From: Squalus acanthias
Lineage: Eukaryota
Assembly: GCA_030390025.1 (NCBI GenBank)
Contig: CM059432.1
Span: forward strand, 63,490,001 to 63,554,000
DNA: 64,000 nt
Direction of reading: 5' to 3'
Shown: piece after piece, positions 52,117 to 64,000 of the stretch
Layout of the letters: each line of letters starts with the position of its first letter
Position numbering within the stretch: the first letter of the stretch is position 1
Notes under the pieces: generated by a model
Seen by the model: the letters and a program-made list of their open reading frames with translations, nothing else
Told to the model about the DNA's origin: nothing
Database searches by the model: none
Program-made: the position numbers and the translations under genes

Positions 52117-52680
52117 CGGGAGGGGGAGAGGAGAGGGAAAAGGGAAGGAGAGCAGAAGGAGGAAGAGGGAGAGAAGGAGGCAGATGGGAAACGCAAGAGG
52201 AGGAGGGGTGGGAGAGATAGGGGAGAGAGATGACAGAGAGGGAAATGAGGGATGGGAAGAAGAGAGGGAAGGGGTGAGGGGGAGAGAAGACAGTGGGAGA
52301 AATGGGAAGGATGGAAGGATGAAAGGGGAGGAGGCAGGAGTGAGAGGGAAAGGAGGGGAGGGAGGAGGAGAAGGTACAGAGGTTATGGGAAGAGAGGAAG
52401 AAGAGGGTTAGAGGTGGGAGAGGGGAGGAAGGGGGAAACCAGATGGGGGAGGGAGAAGGGTAATGGGAGGGAGAATGTAGGGTGGGGAGGAGGAAGGGAA
52501 AGAGGGAGAGGGAGAGTGAGGACTGCAGGGAGAGGAAAGGAGAGAGGGGAGAAGACGGAGTGAAGAGGAGTGGGAGGGCAAAGGAGGAAGGTTAAGATGG
52601 AAAAGGAGAGAAATGGGAAACGAGGATAAAAGGATGGAAGAAGTGAGCAGGCAGACGAGGGGGGGAATGATGGGGGAGCA
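52117..52680. repeat. Purine-rich (G/A) low-complexity tract
   Basis: Almost entirely G/A on the + strand for about 560 bp. Confidence 0.9.
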
Positions 52681-53129
52681 ATTGCAACAACATGACCTCA
52701 GTATTGAGGAGCAGCCAGGGGAGGGCAGTGAACTGTGCTTTCCTCCAGCCAGTGAGGAGTGAGCTAAACCCATCCTCTGCCATCTATATCTTGCCTCTCA
52801 CCCAGGACACCAAATTCCTCAAAAAAGTGAAATTTAGATTGACTAATTTAATTTCCATTTTATTTAGCTTCTGTGTTCAATCATATTTAACATGCACAAT
52901 TTATTACCCAACCAACCCTCTGAGCAGACATCTGGTTAGTCATAAGAGGTAATACCCAGAGGATCAGGGGAAAACATATGCATATTATAAGATCGTCACA
53001 AATAAATATAAGCCAGATTCCTATTTTGTTATCACTAATTGTGGAAGTTTTGATAAGTATAGATGGAGCTAAATAAGCTTAGCATTTTTCCTGTGCTACA
53101 GATCTGAATGCACTTAAAGATTTTGAACA

Positions 53130-53708
53130 TCTGCTGCTCAAACCCTCATCCTTGCCTTTGTTACCTCTAGACTTGACTATTCCAACGCATTCCTGGCTGG
53201 CATAAACTTGAGGTCATTCAAAACTTGGCTGCCCGTGTCCTAACTTGCACCAAGCCCCATTCACCCATCACCCCTGTACTCGCTGACCTACATTGGTTCC
53301 CGGTTAAGCAATGCTTCGATTTTAAAATTCTCATCCTTGTTTTCAAATCCCCTCATGGCCTCACCCCTCCCTATCCCTGTAATCTCCTCAGCCCCACAAC
53401 CCCCTGAGATATCTGCGCTCCTCTAATTCTGCCCTCTTGAGCATCCCTGATTTTAATCGCTCAACCATTGATCATCGTGCCTTCAGTTGCCTCGGCCCTA
53501 AGCTCTGGAATTCCATCCCTAAACCTCTCCGTTTCTTTACCTCTCTTTTCCTTCTATAAGACGTTCCTTAAAACCTACCTCTTTGACCAAGACTGCCCTA
53601 ATTTCTCCTTATGTAGCTCGGTGTCAAATTTTGCTTTATAACACTCCTGTGAAGCGCCTTGGGATGTTTTAATACGTTAAAGGCGCTATATAAATATAAG
53701 TTGTTGGT
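53130..53708 (+). mobile_element. L2 LINE 3' fragment
   Basis: ITPVLADLHWFPV; colinear with 26950-27528; GTTGTT tail. Confidence 0.85.
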
Positions 53709-53839
53709 TAATTTGCTTGAATAAGGAGCAAAGAACAATTGAGTGTGAAGTTGCTTCGATTATGTGCTATGCATATGTTGTCTTAACGGACACATGTTAC
53801 AAATATCATATTCACATTGAATATGTTAGTCTGATTTCT

Positions 53840-54900
53840 GGGGGTTATTTTAGCCTAAGGGTGAAAACAGGCATTAAATGAGTGAAGTGCTAATAAGATA
53901 TGCCTGTTTCAAAGTCTGGATTTAGCACATAATGTTAGGTCCTATTTGTTGATGACCATAATTTGAACGTGCCTGGAGATGCTAAACAGACACCTGCAGG
54001 TTTAGCACTCAAGCGCTGATTAAACACAATTTTCATGGAGCAGTGTATGTGGGCTTCTTGCACCCACTTCCATTGAAGGTGTGGAGTGCTCTGGCTAACT
54101 CACAGCGGCACGTTGTAGGATGGCTCAGGGACTGAGTGAGAGGGTGCACAGGTTCTCTGATGCGACACTGGAGGTCCTGGTGGAGGAGGTCCAGAGGAGG
54201 GGGGATGTCCTGTATCTGCAGGGGGAGAAGGACGCCACCTCGCCCTCCTGTCCCTCTCTCCTGCAGCAGCTGGTGCTGCTCTGTCTGGCCTCATGTCCTC
54301 CTCCCATTCCTGGTCCAGACCAGGGGAGACCCCTAGCAAGATGCCCATGATCAAGCATTACTTTTCTACTGGTCACTCCTATAATGTGTCCAACAAGGTG
54401 GAGTCGCACAGCACTTATTCTTTTTAGGTGAAATCCTCAGAGAATTTGCGGATTAAATGTTGCTCGAGTGTTGGTGAAGTCTTGACAAAGTGCTCCAGAA
54501 AGTCTCCCAATGTATTTCAGAGGTCCTCTTCACAGCTCCAGCAGCAATGACCATGAAGTGGCAAGTAACCCTTTAAGTCGCACTTGAAATCCACATCAAC
54601 GCTGTGTTTACTCCCAAAGAGCTGGTCGCTGTTAGGAGAGGGCGTTAGTTGAAGTGCTAGCCACAAAAATACCGTGCAGCCTTGTTAATGAGCACTAGCA
54701 GGCATTTTAGGTGGCATTTTAAGTAGCAATCAGCTGTTTAACAAGCCTCTGGGCGGCTGTTCCTAGCGCTGGCTTCAACTCACTTACCAAGATGGCGTCT
54801 TGCACTAAACGTGGGCTAAACCGGTGTTTCAGCTTAAGACCCCATCTTGGCCACCTCTTTACCTCTTTAGCATCTAAAGTATTTGGCGAAAATTGTCCCC
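53840..54900. mobile_element. Internally deleted Harbinger derivative with Myb exon-1 remnant
   Basis: MAQGLSERVHRFSDATLEVLVEEVQRRGDVLY from 54120; worn TIRs GGGGGTTATTTT / AAAATTGTCCCC. Confidence 0.62.
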
Positions 54901-57900
54901 TCGATCTTTTATTTAGTTTTAACTGTACATTTTGTGCTCTGACTCCTCTGACCACACTCCCCTAAACAGAAAATGAAGGTAAATCTCATGGCACAACACT
55001 GTCTCCATGGAGATGATGTAAAAATATTGAAATCAGATGGCAATTCCAAAAAAACAACAGTGAGAGAATTGGAACTCATCTTCAGTCATGCATCGAAACA
55101 GTTTGCATTTAAAATAAATGTTTACCATGTCATTTTAGTTATGTACCTGGTATGTAGTACAATCAGAATACATGATGAGGAGCCACAGGGTATGATTTAT
55201 GTGCTGCTCATGATACCAACTACAATTCACTCTTGACTTCATTGCTCATGAGTTATCCTGTCAGCCTCCTGATCGGATACAATTCAATTCTCGTGGCTCC
55301 CAATGTGGATCTTCTTTTGAAAACCTTTCTACATACAATAGAACACACTGAGCTTGTCATTACTACTATACAGGTTTATTCTTGATGTCAGCTTTAGACC
55401 TAGCAGTCCTCACAGCTCAAACAAAAAGATTAACAGCGCTAGATGACTCATGTGAACCTTTGTTCATCATGAATACATATTACCCATTGCGATTAAAAAG
55501 GAAGTCAGCCAATTTAACATTAATTTTGTTCTCCCACTTATGCAATTCTGCTAATAATGAACATTCATGTAGAAAAGCTTAGTCGTTTGAAGATTAAAAC
55601 ACAATCATATTAGCATTTGTTTTGCTCTGATGATCTTATGAAAATGCTATACTGTACTACTGTGACAGTGCATGCATTGTTAATGCAGACCATCCGTTGC
55701 TTTATTTTTGGCTCACTTTTGACTAATTCCTGTTTAACTGAATTATGCTAATTTTGATGTTATTCCATTTGTAATTTAAGGCTATTGTGTTATTTGTGTG
55801 GACCACACAGAGCTGCAACACTTGGGCATGTTGGTACTTAGCGGCAAAAATTGCTTTAATAAACACATACATCTGATTTGACAGGCTCTGTTTCCAATTA
55901 GTGGATGTCAGTTCCACGTGCGTGCAATGAAGTCAATGTGATGGTTTGAAACTTCCATTACTCATGCTGCGGTGTCTCTCACATTATAAGGAAATAGCAG
56001 CAGAATCTACTATCTTGTTCCTATCTTAAATGAACATATCTGTTGAACGTATTGACCTTGAATTTTTAACAAAATGCAACTTTAATGGTGTATTTTTTGA
56101 AATGAATTGATGTAACAATGTGAGGGAATTAAAATGATGAACTACAAAACTCGATGCAGTAAAAAGCAAATGTAAAGTTTCTTCATTTAATTGCAGAAAT
56201 AATTTTAAAGGTTAAAATCAATAGAATGTTGATATTAAGGATAAAGGTAGATTATAACGGTTGATGTGTTAAAAAAGGAACAGCCTTAATAATTCAATAT
56301 AATAGCCTTAATATAATAATTCAAACTGTTGTCACTTTAACAAGATGGCAAGGATTTGATCAAGTGTTTCACAAAATAAACATTATAAATTTTACACAAC
56401 TGCTACTTATGTATTCTATTTCAGTACCAACATTACTCTTACTTGTTACTGTTCTGTGCCGCTTGCTTTCCTTTGGGACATGCACTAGTGAGATTCAAGA
56501 TAAATCTCACTTTCAGTAAAAATGAAAATACCTTCTCACTAAAAGCATGTTCTCTTTAAAAACAGAAACACTGCAGACATGTAATAGCACTAACAAAATG
56601 AGCCGTTGACAGTAACCAATAACTGACAAAAATACCATTTGACATTATGACCTTGGCCTAAAATAGCAAATTGTGTCAGACATTTTGGTCTGGATTCTTC
56701 TCTTTGTAGCCGTGCTCCAGTCTGGCTGCACACCACCTGCGCCTTTGACACCAAAACAGCCGCAAGCCAGTTTCCTGGGTCAGGGGTCATTTCACATGCA
56801 CAGGGGGCCCACCAGTGCTGCAGAGGAAAATCCTGACGTTGCTGCAGTGGGAATGTCAATACAAAGAAACGTTGAGGAACCCCAAGTGCCCCACTACCCC
56901 GGCCTACTCACACCTTTCACCAGGTGGTCCTGGGAAGCAGCAGGAACTGGGGCAGATGGGTGGAGAATGGGCTGGGAGGCCAAGTCCTATCCCTTACTGG
57001 CATTTACATGTGGCGAGTGGGAAAGAGGCAGCCAACAGTGTTTCCACCAGGGACAGGGGAGGGGACATCAAGCTCAGGGCAGTGAGGCAGCGGCAGCCCT
57101 CTTTGCACCACTCCCTGTCATTTGCACTGCACTGTGGGATTGTGGATGAAAATCCAGCTCTTGACCGCAATGTGGCTTCACTTTAACATAGATTAAAAAT
57201 GGACAGTGTTTTTGTAAAAAAAAAGGAATGAAACTCTAAGTACAGTTAAATCTAAATATGCACAGTTCTCTACTCAATCATAACAGCTCATCAGTATGCA
57301 TATGCATAAATATATTTTTTTAAATGTATACATATACCTTGAAATTAGGCTGTATCAAATTATTGCTTAATTAGTTTACTTGATATTTTTCCTCTGTTAT
57401 TTTAGGGGACACATTAAGCCATTTATTTTAAATAAGTTAACACCTCCACTAAGTGAGTAATAGCAGTTATGGTAAAAGCTGACTACTCATAGATATTTTC
57501 TTCATTTACATACAAATTAGTCATAGACTAATCTCTGTTACTCCAGCGAAATAATTAAGGGTTTCCTGAATCTTTAATTGTTAGTGATGGAGTGCACTTA
57601 AGCAAATACTGTCATTGTATAATTATTCATATACACTCAGAATGCCTGGGCTTGTGAATGAATGGTGGAAGTTCCATCCCCGACATTGTATAAAGCCCAG
57701 TATATTTAGTAAATATGCATGTTAGCTCGGTCACATCAGAAAGCACCATACTGCATTTTGTTGTGCCCACTACCTCAGCTAGAGCAGTCAATGAACCAGT
57801 CAAAAGTCAACCAACCACCTGCTATGAATGTTACATTAGAGCATTTCTGCTGTTCTCTATTCATAGAAAAACTGCATAAGCGATACATAATCTCTATTCA

Positions 57901-58379
57901 TCAGATGCCAGGAAAAGTTTGCACTCTGCAACTGCACAATACATTGATGAAGTTCTGAGCTTTATCTGTTTTTCTCTCCATTTGCTTAATGTTTGCTTAT
58001 GATTTCACTATAAAAAGCTAACAGTGAAAATTTCCCTCCATAACAGCTAATTTGAAGTAGTCATAGCTCCAGAAAGTACAACTGGTGAGAAAGATTATCT
58101 GACGAACAGTGCAGCTCTCGCCAAAAGGGATTGCCTTTTTACACCTCGATCCTAATAGTCTACAGTCTTATTGAATATTTGTCATTGCCCTTTAGAAAGC
58201 TATCACATCCCAATTCCAAGGTCTCATGGTAAGGAGTTGTGTACATACTTGCTTGGAATTGACTAATTTAACTGGAGCACATTGCCTACCTTAAAACACG
58301 ATTCGCTAATAAGAGATGGGCTAAGACCATTTTCTCAATACCCTACCTAATACTAAGTGCTTTCCTCTCTAAGATACTG

Positions 58380-58758
58380 AAATGTGTCTTTACCACCTTT
58401 TCAAAAATTCCCTGTTCAAATCCCTCCAGGCTGGTTACTGCCTCTCTCACAGCACCAAAATGGCCGTAGGCAAAGTCAGAAATGCTATCTTCTTTGATTT
58501 TGACCATGATGCTGTGTTTAATACAGCCATCTTCCACCAATACCTTCAACTGGACAGCCCGTACATGTTTCTATTCCTTCCTATCTGAATACAGCTGCTG
58601 CATCTCCAGCAATGGCTTCTCCTTCATCCCCTGCACTGTCACCTCCAGGGTCCCTAAGATTTATCTTCAGCCCCATTCTCTTCCTTATCTACATGCTGCC
58701 CCTCAGTGGCATTATCCACAGAGACAAGGTCAGCTTTTACATTTACACTGATGATACC
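58380..58758 (+). mobile_element. Degraded L2 RT fragment
   Basis: PILFLIYMLPLSGII..YIYTDDT. Confidence 0.65.
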
Positions 58759-59907
58759 GTTACATGGAGTTACATCGAATGTACAGCACAGAAACAGATC
58801 ATTCGGCCCAACTGGTCTGTGCTGGTGTTTATGCTCCACAAGTGCCTCCTCCCACCCTACTTCATCTAATCCTATCAGCATATCCTTCTATTTCTTTTTT
58901 CCTCATGTGCTTATGTAGTTTCCCTTTAAATGCACCTATGCTGTTTGCCTCAACTACTCCTTGTGATAGCGCGTTCCACATTCTCACCACTCTTTGGGTA
59001 AAGAGGTTTCTCGTGAATTCCCTATTGGATTTATTAGTGACTATCATATATTTATGATCTCTAGTTTTGGACTCCCCCACAAGTGGAAACATTCGTCTAC
59101 CCTATCAAAGCCTTTCATTATCTTAAAGACTTCTATCAGGTCACCCCTCAGCCTCCTCTTTTCTAGAGAAAAGATCCCCAGCCTGTTCAGCTTTTCCTGA
59201 TAAGTATATCCTTTCAGTTCTGGTACCATCCTTGTGAATATTTTTTGCACCTTCTCCAGTGCCTCTATATCCTGTCTTTATAACATGGAGACCAGAACTG
59301 TGCACAATACTCCAAGTCTAACCAAAATTCGATACAAGTTCAGCATAACTTCTTTGCTTTTCAATTCTATCCCTCTTGAAATGAACCCCAGTGCTTTTTT
59401 ATGGCCTTATTAACCTGCGTCACTACTTTTAGTGGTTTGTGTATCTGTACCCTTAGATCCCTTTGCTCCTTTACCCCATTCAGACTTTTATTATCCAAGC
59501 AGTTTGTGGCCTCCTTATTTTTCCTACCAAAATGCACCACCTCACTTATCTATATTGAAATTCATTTGCCAATTACAGTACATGCTCATTCTGCAAGTTT
59601 TTTAATGTCTTCCTGTGTTTTGTCACATTCTTCCTTTGTATTAACTACACTTCCCAATTTGGTGTCATCTGCAAATTTTGAAAATTGAACTGATTCCTCA
59701 GTCCAAATCATTAATGTAAATTATGAATAACAGTAATCCCAGCACCGATCACTGTGGAACACCACTTCCCACCTTTTGCCAGTTTGAGTAGCTACCTTTA
59801 ACTCCTACTCTTTGTTTTCTGTTTTGTAGCCAGCTTGGTATCCATTCTGCTACCTGTTCCCTGACTCCACATACTCTGACCTTAGTCATGAGTCTGCTGT
59901 GTGGTAC
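58759..59907 (-). mobile_element. Older CR1 3' fragment
   Basis: FSLEKRRLRGDLIE, FTQRVVRMWNAL and KFADDTK on the minus strand. Confidence 0.85.
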
Positions 59908-62900
59908 CATAGAATCATAGAATCATAGAAGATAGGAGCAGGAGTAGGCCATTCGGCCCCTCTAGCCTGCTCCGCCATTCAATGCGATCATGGCTGATCA
60001 TCCAAATTCAGTACCCTGTCCCTGCTTTCTCCCCATATCCCTTGATCCCTTTAGCCTTAAGAAATATATCCAACTCCTTCTTGAATCTATTTAATGATTT
60101 GGCCTCTACTGCCTTCTGTGGCAGAGAATTCCACAGGTTCACCACTCTCTGGGTGAAGAAATTCCTCCTCATTTCTGTCCTAAATGGCTTACCCCTTATC
60201 CTTAGACTGTGACCCCTGGTTCTGGACTCCCCGACCATCGGGAACATCCTTCCTGCATCTAGTTTGTCCTGTCCTGTCAGAATTTTATAAGTTTCAATGA
60301 GATCCCCTCTCATTCTTCTAAACTCCAGCGAGTATAAGCCCAATCGATCCAATCTCTCTTCATATGTCATTCCTGCCATCCCAGGTATCAGCCTTGTGAA
60401 TCTTCGCTGAACTCCTTCCATGGCAAGAACATCCTTCCTCAGATAAGGTGACCAAAACTGCACACAGTACTCAAGGTGTGGTCTCACCAAGGCCCTGTAC
60501 AACTGCAGCAAGACATCCTTGTTCCTGTACTCAAACCCTCTCGCTATGAAAGCCAACATACCATTTGCCTTCTTAACCGCCTGCTGCACCTGCATGCTTA
60601 CCTTCAGCGACTGGTGCACAAGGACACCCAGGTCTCGTTGCACTTCCTCTTCTCCCAATCTATTGCCATTCAGATAATAATCTGCCTTTCTGTTTTTGAC
60701 ACCAAAGTGGATAACCTCGCATTTATCCACGTTATATTGCATCTGCCACGCTTCTGCCCAATCACCCAACCTGTCCAAATCATCCTGGAGTTTCTCGGTA
60801 TCCTCCTCGTAGCACACACGCCCACCCAGTTTTGTGTCGTCTGCATACTTGAAGATATTACATCTAGTTCCCTTGTCTAGATCATTAATATATATTGTGA
60901 ATAGCTGGGGTCCAAGGACCGATCCCTGCGGTACCCCACTAGTCACTGCCTGCCACTCGGAAAAAGACCCATTTATTCCAACTCTTTGCTTTCTGTCTGC
61001 CAACCAGTTCTCTATCCAAGTCAATACCTTGCCCCCAATCCCATGTGCCTTAACTTTACACGCTAATCTCTTATGCGGGACCTTATCGAAAGCCTTTTGG
61101 AAGTCCAAATACACCACATCCACTGGTTCTCCCTTATCTATTTTCCCAGTTACATCCTCAAAAGATTCCAGTAGATTAGTCAAGCATGATTTACCTTTTG
61201 TAAATCAATGTTGACTTTGTCCGATCCTGTCACTGTTTTCCAAGTGCTCAGCTATTACATCTTTTATAATGGACTCTAGCATTTTCCTCACTACCGATGT
61301 CAGGCTTACATTCCCTGTTTTCTCTCTACCACCCTTTTTGAATAGTGGGGTAACATTAGCTACCCTCCAATCCATGGGTACTGTTCCAGATTCCATCGAA
61401 TGTTGGAAGATGATCAGCAATGCATCTACTATTTCTAGGGCCACTTCCTTAAGTATCCTAGGATGTAGATTATCAGGCCCTGGGGATTTATCGGCCTTCA
61501 ATCCCGTCAATTTCCCTAACACCATTTCCCTGCAAATACTGATTTCTTTCAGTTCCTCCCTTTCATCAGACCCCATGTTCTCCAACATCTCTGGCAGGTT
61601 ATTTGTGTTCTCCTTTGTGAAGACAGAACCAAAATATGCATTTAATTGGTCTGCCATTTCTTTGTTCCCCATTATAACTTCCCCCGCTTCTGACTGCAAG
61701 GGACCTACACTTGATTTCACTAATCTTTTTCTCTTCACATATCTATAAAAGCTTTTACAGTCAGTTTTTATGTTCCCTGAAAGCTTACTTTCATATTCTA
61801 TTTTCCCCTTCTTAATTAATCCCTTTGTCTTCCTTTGTTGAATCCTAAACTGCTCCCAATCCTCAGGGTTACCGCTTTTTCTGGCCAATTTATATGCCCT
61901 CTCCTTGGATCTTATGCTATCCCTAATTTCCCTTGTTAGCCACGGTTGAGTCACCCTTTTTGTTTTATTCTTATGCCACACTGGGATGAACAAATTCTGT
62001 AGTTCATCCATGCAGTCTTTGAATGTTTGCCATTGCCTATCCACCGTCAACCCTTTGAGTGACATTCCCCAATCAATCCTACCCAATCGCGCCTCATACC
62101 ATCGTAGTTTCCTTTATTTAAATTCAGGACCCTAGTCTCTGATTCAACTACTTCACTCTCCATCTTAATGAAGAATTCTATCATATTATGATCACTCTGA
62201 CCCAAGGGGCCTCGTACAACAAGATTGCTAATTAATCCTTTCTCGTTACATAATACCCAGTCTAAGATGACTTGATCTCTGGTTGGTTCCTCGACATATT
62301 GTTCCAGAAAACCATCCCATAAACATTCTAGGAATTCCTCCTCCACAGTATTTTTACTAATTTGGTTAGCCCAATCTATATGTAAATTAAAGTCACCCAT
62401 GATGACTGCTGTGCCCTTACTGCATGCTTCTCTAATTTCCCTTTTAATGCCATCCCCAACCTCCGTATTACTGTTTGGAGCTCTATATACCACTCCCACT
62501 AACGTTTTCTGCCCCTTGTTATTTCTCAGTTCTACCCATACAGATTCCGCATCATCAGAGCTAATATCCTTCCTTTCAATTGTGTTAATCCCCTCTTTAA
62601 CCAGCAATGCTACCCCACCTCCCTTCTTTTTTGCCTATCTTTCCTAAATGTTGAATACCCCTGGATGTTGAGTTCCCAGCCTTGGCCACCCTGGAGCCAT
62701 GTTTCTGTAATCCCAATCAAATCGTATTCATTTACCTCTATTTGCGCAGCTAATTCATCCACCTTGTTCCGAATGCTCCTTGCATTAAGCCACAAAGCCT
62801 TCAGGCTTGTTTTTTTAACGCTCTCAGACCTATATGAATTATTATTTACTGTGACCATGTTTGATTTAAACCGTTGAGTTCTTTGCCTTCTACTTTTGTT

Positions 62901-63500
62901 TTTCTCCTTCCTGTCTTTTGCTTTTATCCTTGTTTCCCTTTCCTCTGTCTCCCTGCTCAGGTTCCCAACCCCCTGCCACTTTAGTTGAAATTCTCCCCAA
63001 CAGCACTAGCAAACACTCCCCCTAGGACATCGATCCTGGCCCTGCCCAGGTGTAGACCGTCCGGTTTGTACTGGTCCCACCTCCCCCAGAACCGGTTCCA
63101 ATGCCCCAGGAATTTGAATCCCTCCCCCTTGCACCATTCCTCTAGCCACATATTCATTTGAAATATCCTTCTATTTCTACTCTGACTAGCACGTGGCACT
63201 GGTAGCAATCCTGAGATTGCTACCTTTGAGGTCCTATTTTTTAATTTACCTCCTAACTCCCTATATTCTGCTTTTAGGACCTCATCCCATTTTTTACCTA
63301 TATCTTTGGTACCTATATGCACCACGACAACTGGCTGTTCACCCTCCCCTTCCAAAATGCACTGTAGCCGCTCTGAGACATCCTTGACCCTTGCACCAGG
63401 GAGGAAACATACCATCCTGGAGTCTCGTTTGCGGCCGCAGAAACTCCTATCTATTCCCCTTACAATAGAATCCCCTATCACTATAGCTCTCCCACTCTTC
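59908..63500 (-). mobile_element. Young CR1 LINE (3' half of ORF1, frameshifted ORF2, (ATTCTATG)n tail); same subfamily as 28258-32622
   Basis: ORFs 62981..63601, 62610..62858, 62047..62607, 61205..62086 and 60008..61183 are nearly identical in protein sequence to the + copy. Confidence 0.93.
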
Positions 63501-64000
63501 AAAGTAAATCCAAACATATTCCGATCCCTACAGGTGGGTATGCGCTGTGTACTCACCCGTAGGGACATCGGAAATGCTGGTTTCAGGCATGCACTGCACA
63601 TGTGCTGGAAACCGGCATTTCCGATCTGTCAAGCAAGCTCTTGACAGATCCTCCGGCTGCCCGGGAGAAGGGCCTCTGCAGGTGGATAGTTCTGCTTTTT
63701 GGAGACCCTCCGCCCGCAGAAAACCCTTACAATTCTTGCGCCTGGTAAAAGCAGGCATTAGGCCTGCTTTTACCAGGATAAGAGTTGAAAAAAGTAAAAA
63801 AAAACATTTTTTTTCACTGATTTATCATTTAAAAATACTTTAAAAAAGGTAAGTTAATTTTTAGCCCTGTAAAAAACTTTAATTATTTTTTTCAAAAATT
63901 TAAATTTTTGTTTAAAATAGTTAATTTATTGTAATTTCAAGTCATTTTAAAAATGTGATTTAAAAAAAAATTTATTTAAAGTTTTACTATGTTTTGGGGG
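63501..64000. mobile_element. Harbinger-type MITE (AT-rich-core family) interrupting CR1 ORF1; runs off the window end
   Basis: Highly similar to 38015-38498. Confidence 0.85.

Noticed and set aside
56673..57186. 158-aa ORF with a signal-peptide-like start
   Set aside because: GTG start and no recognisable domain; not supportable as a CDS.
62981..63601. 206-aa ORF with a novel N-terminus
   Set aside because: MITE sequence fortuitously in frame with the CR1 ORF1 esterase half.

Overview
Eukaryotic, transposon-saturated vertebrate DNA. The repeat mix (CR1 and L2 LINEs, Deu-type tRNA SINEs, Penelope fragments, many Harbinger elements) suggests a cartilaginous fish such as a shark; this is an inference from repeat content. 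No host protein-coding gene could be identified, so the window is probably intergenic or intronic. Main contents: (1) An apparently intact autonomous PIF/Harbinger transposon at 11007-15248, with perfect 13-bp TIRs, a TTA target-site duplication, an open DDE transposase and a convergent 3-exon Myb/SANT gene; decayed Harbingers and Harbinger-type MITEs are scattered across the window. (2) A single-ORF APE-RT LINE at 17091-20497 that starts with a tRNA-like A/B-box head, lacks ORF1 and has no TTTT on its sense strand, suggesting a Pol III-transcribed LINE. (3) Penelope terminal fragments with hammerhead-like motifs, one a perfect 82-bp-arm palindrome. (4) Two highly similar long CR1 copies in opposite orientation. 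(5) Nested insertions, a minisatellite inside a Tigger-like MITE, and a 123-bp inverted duplication replacing a LINE 3' end.
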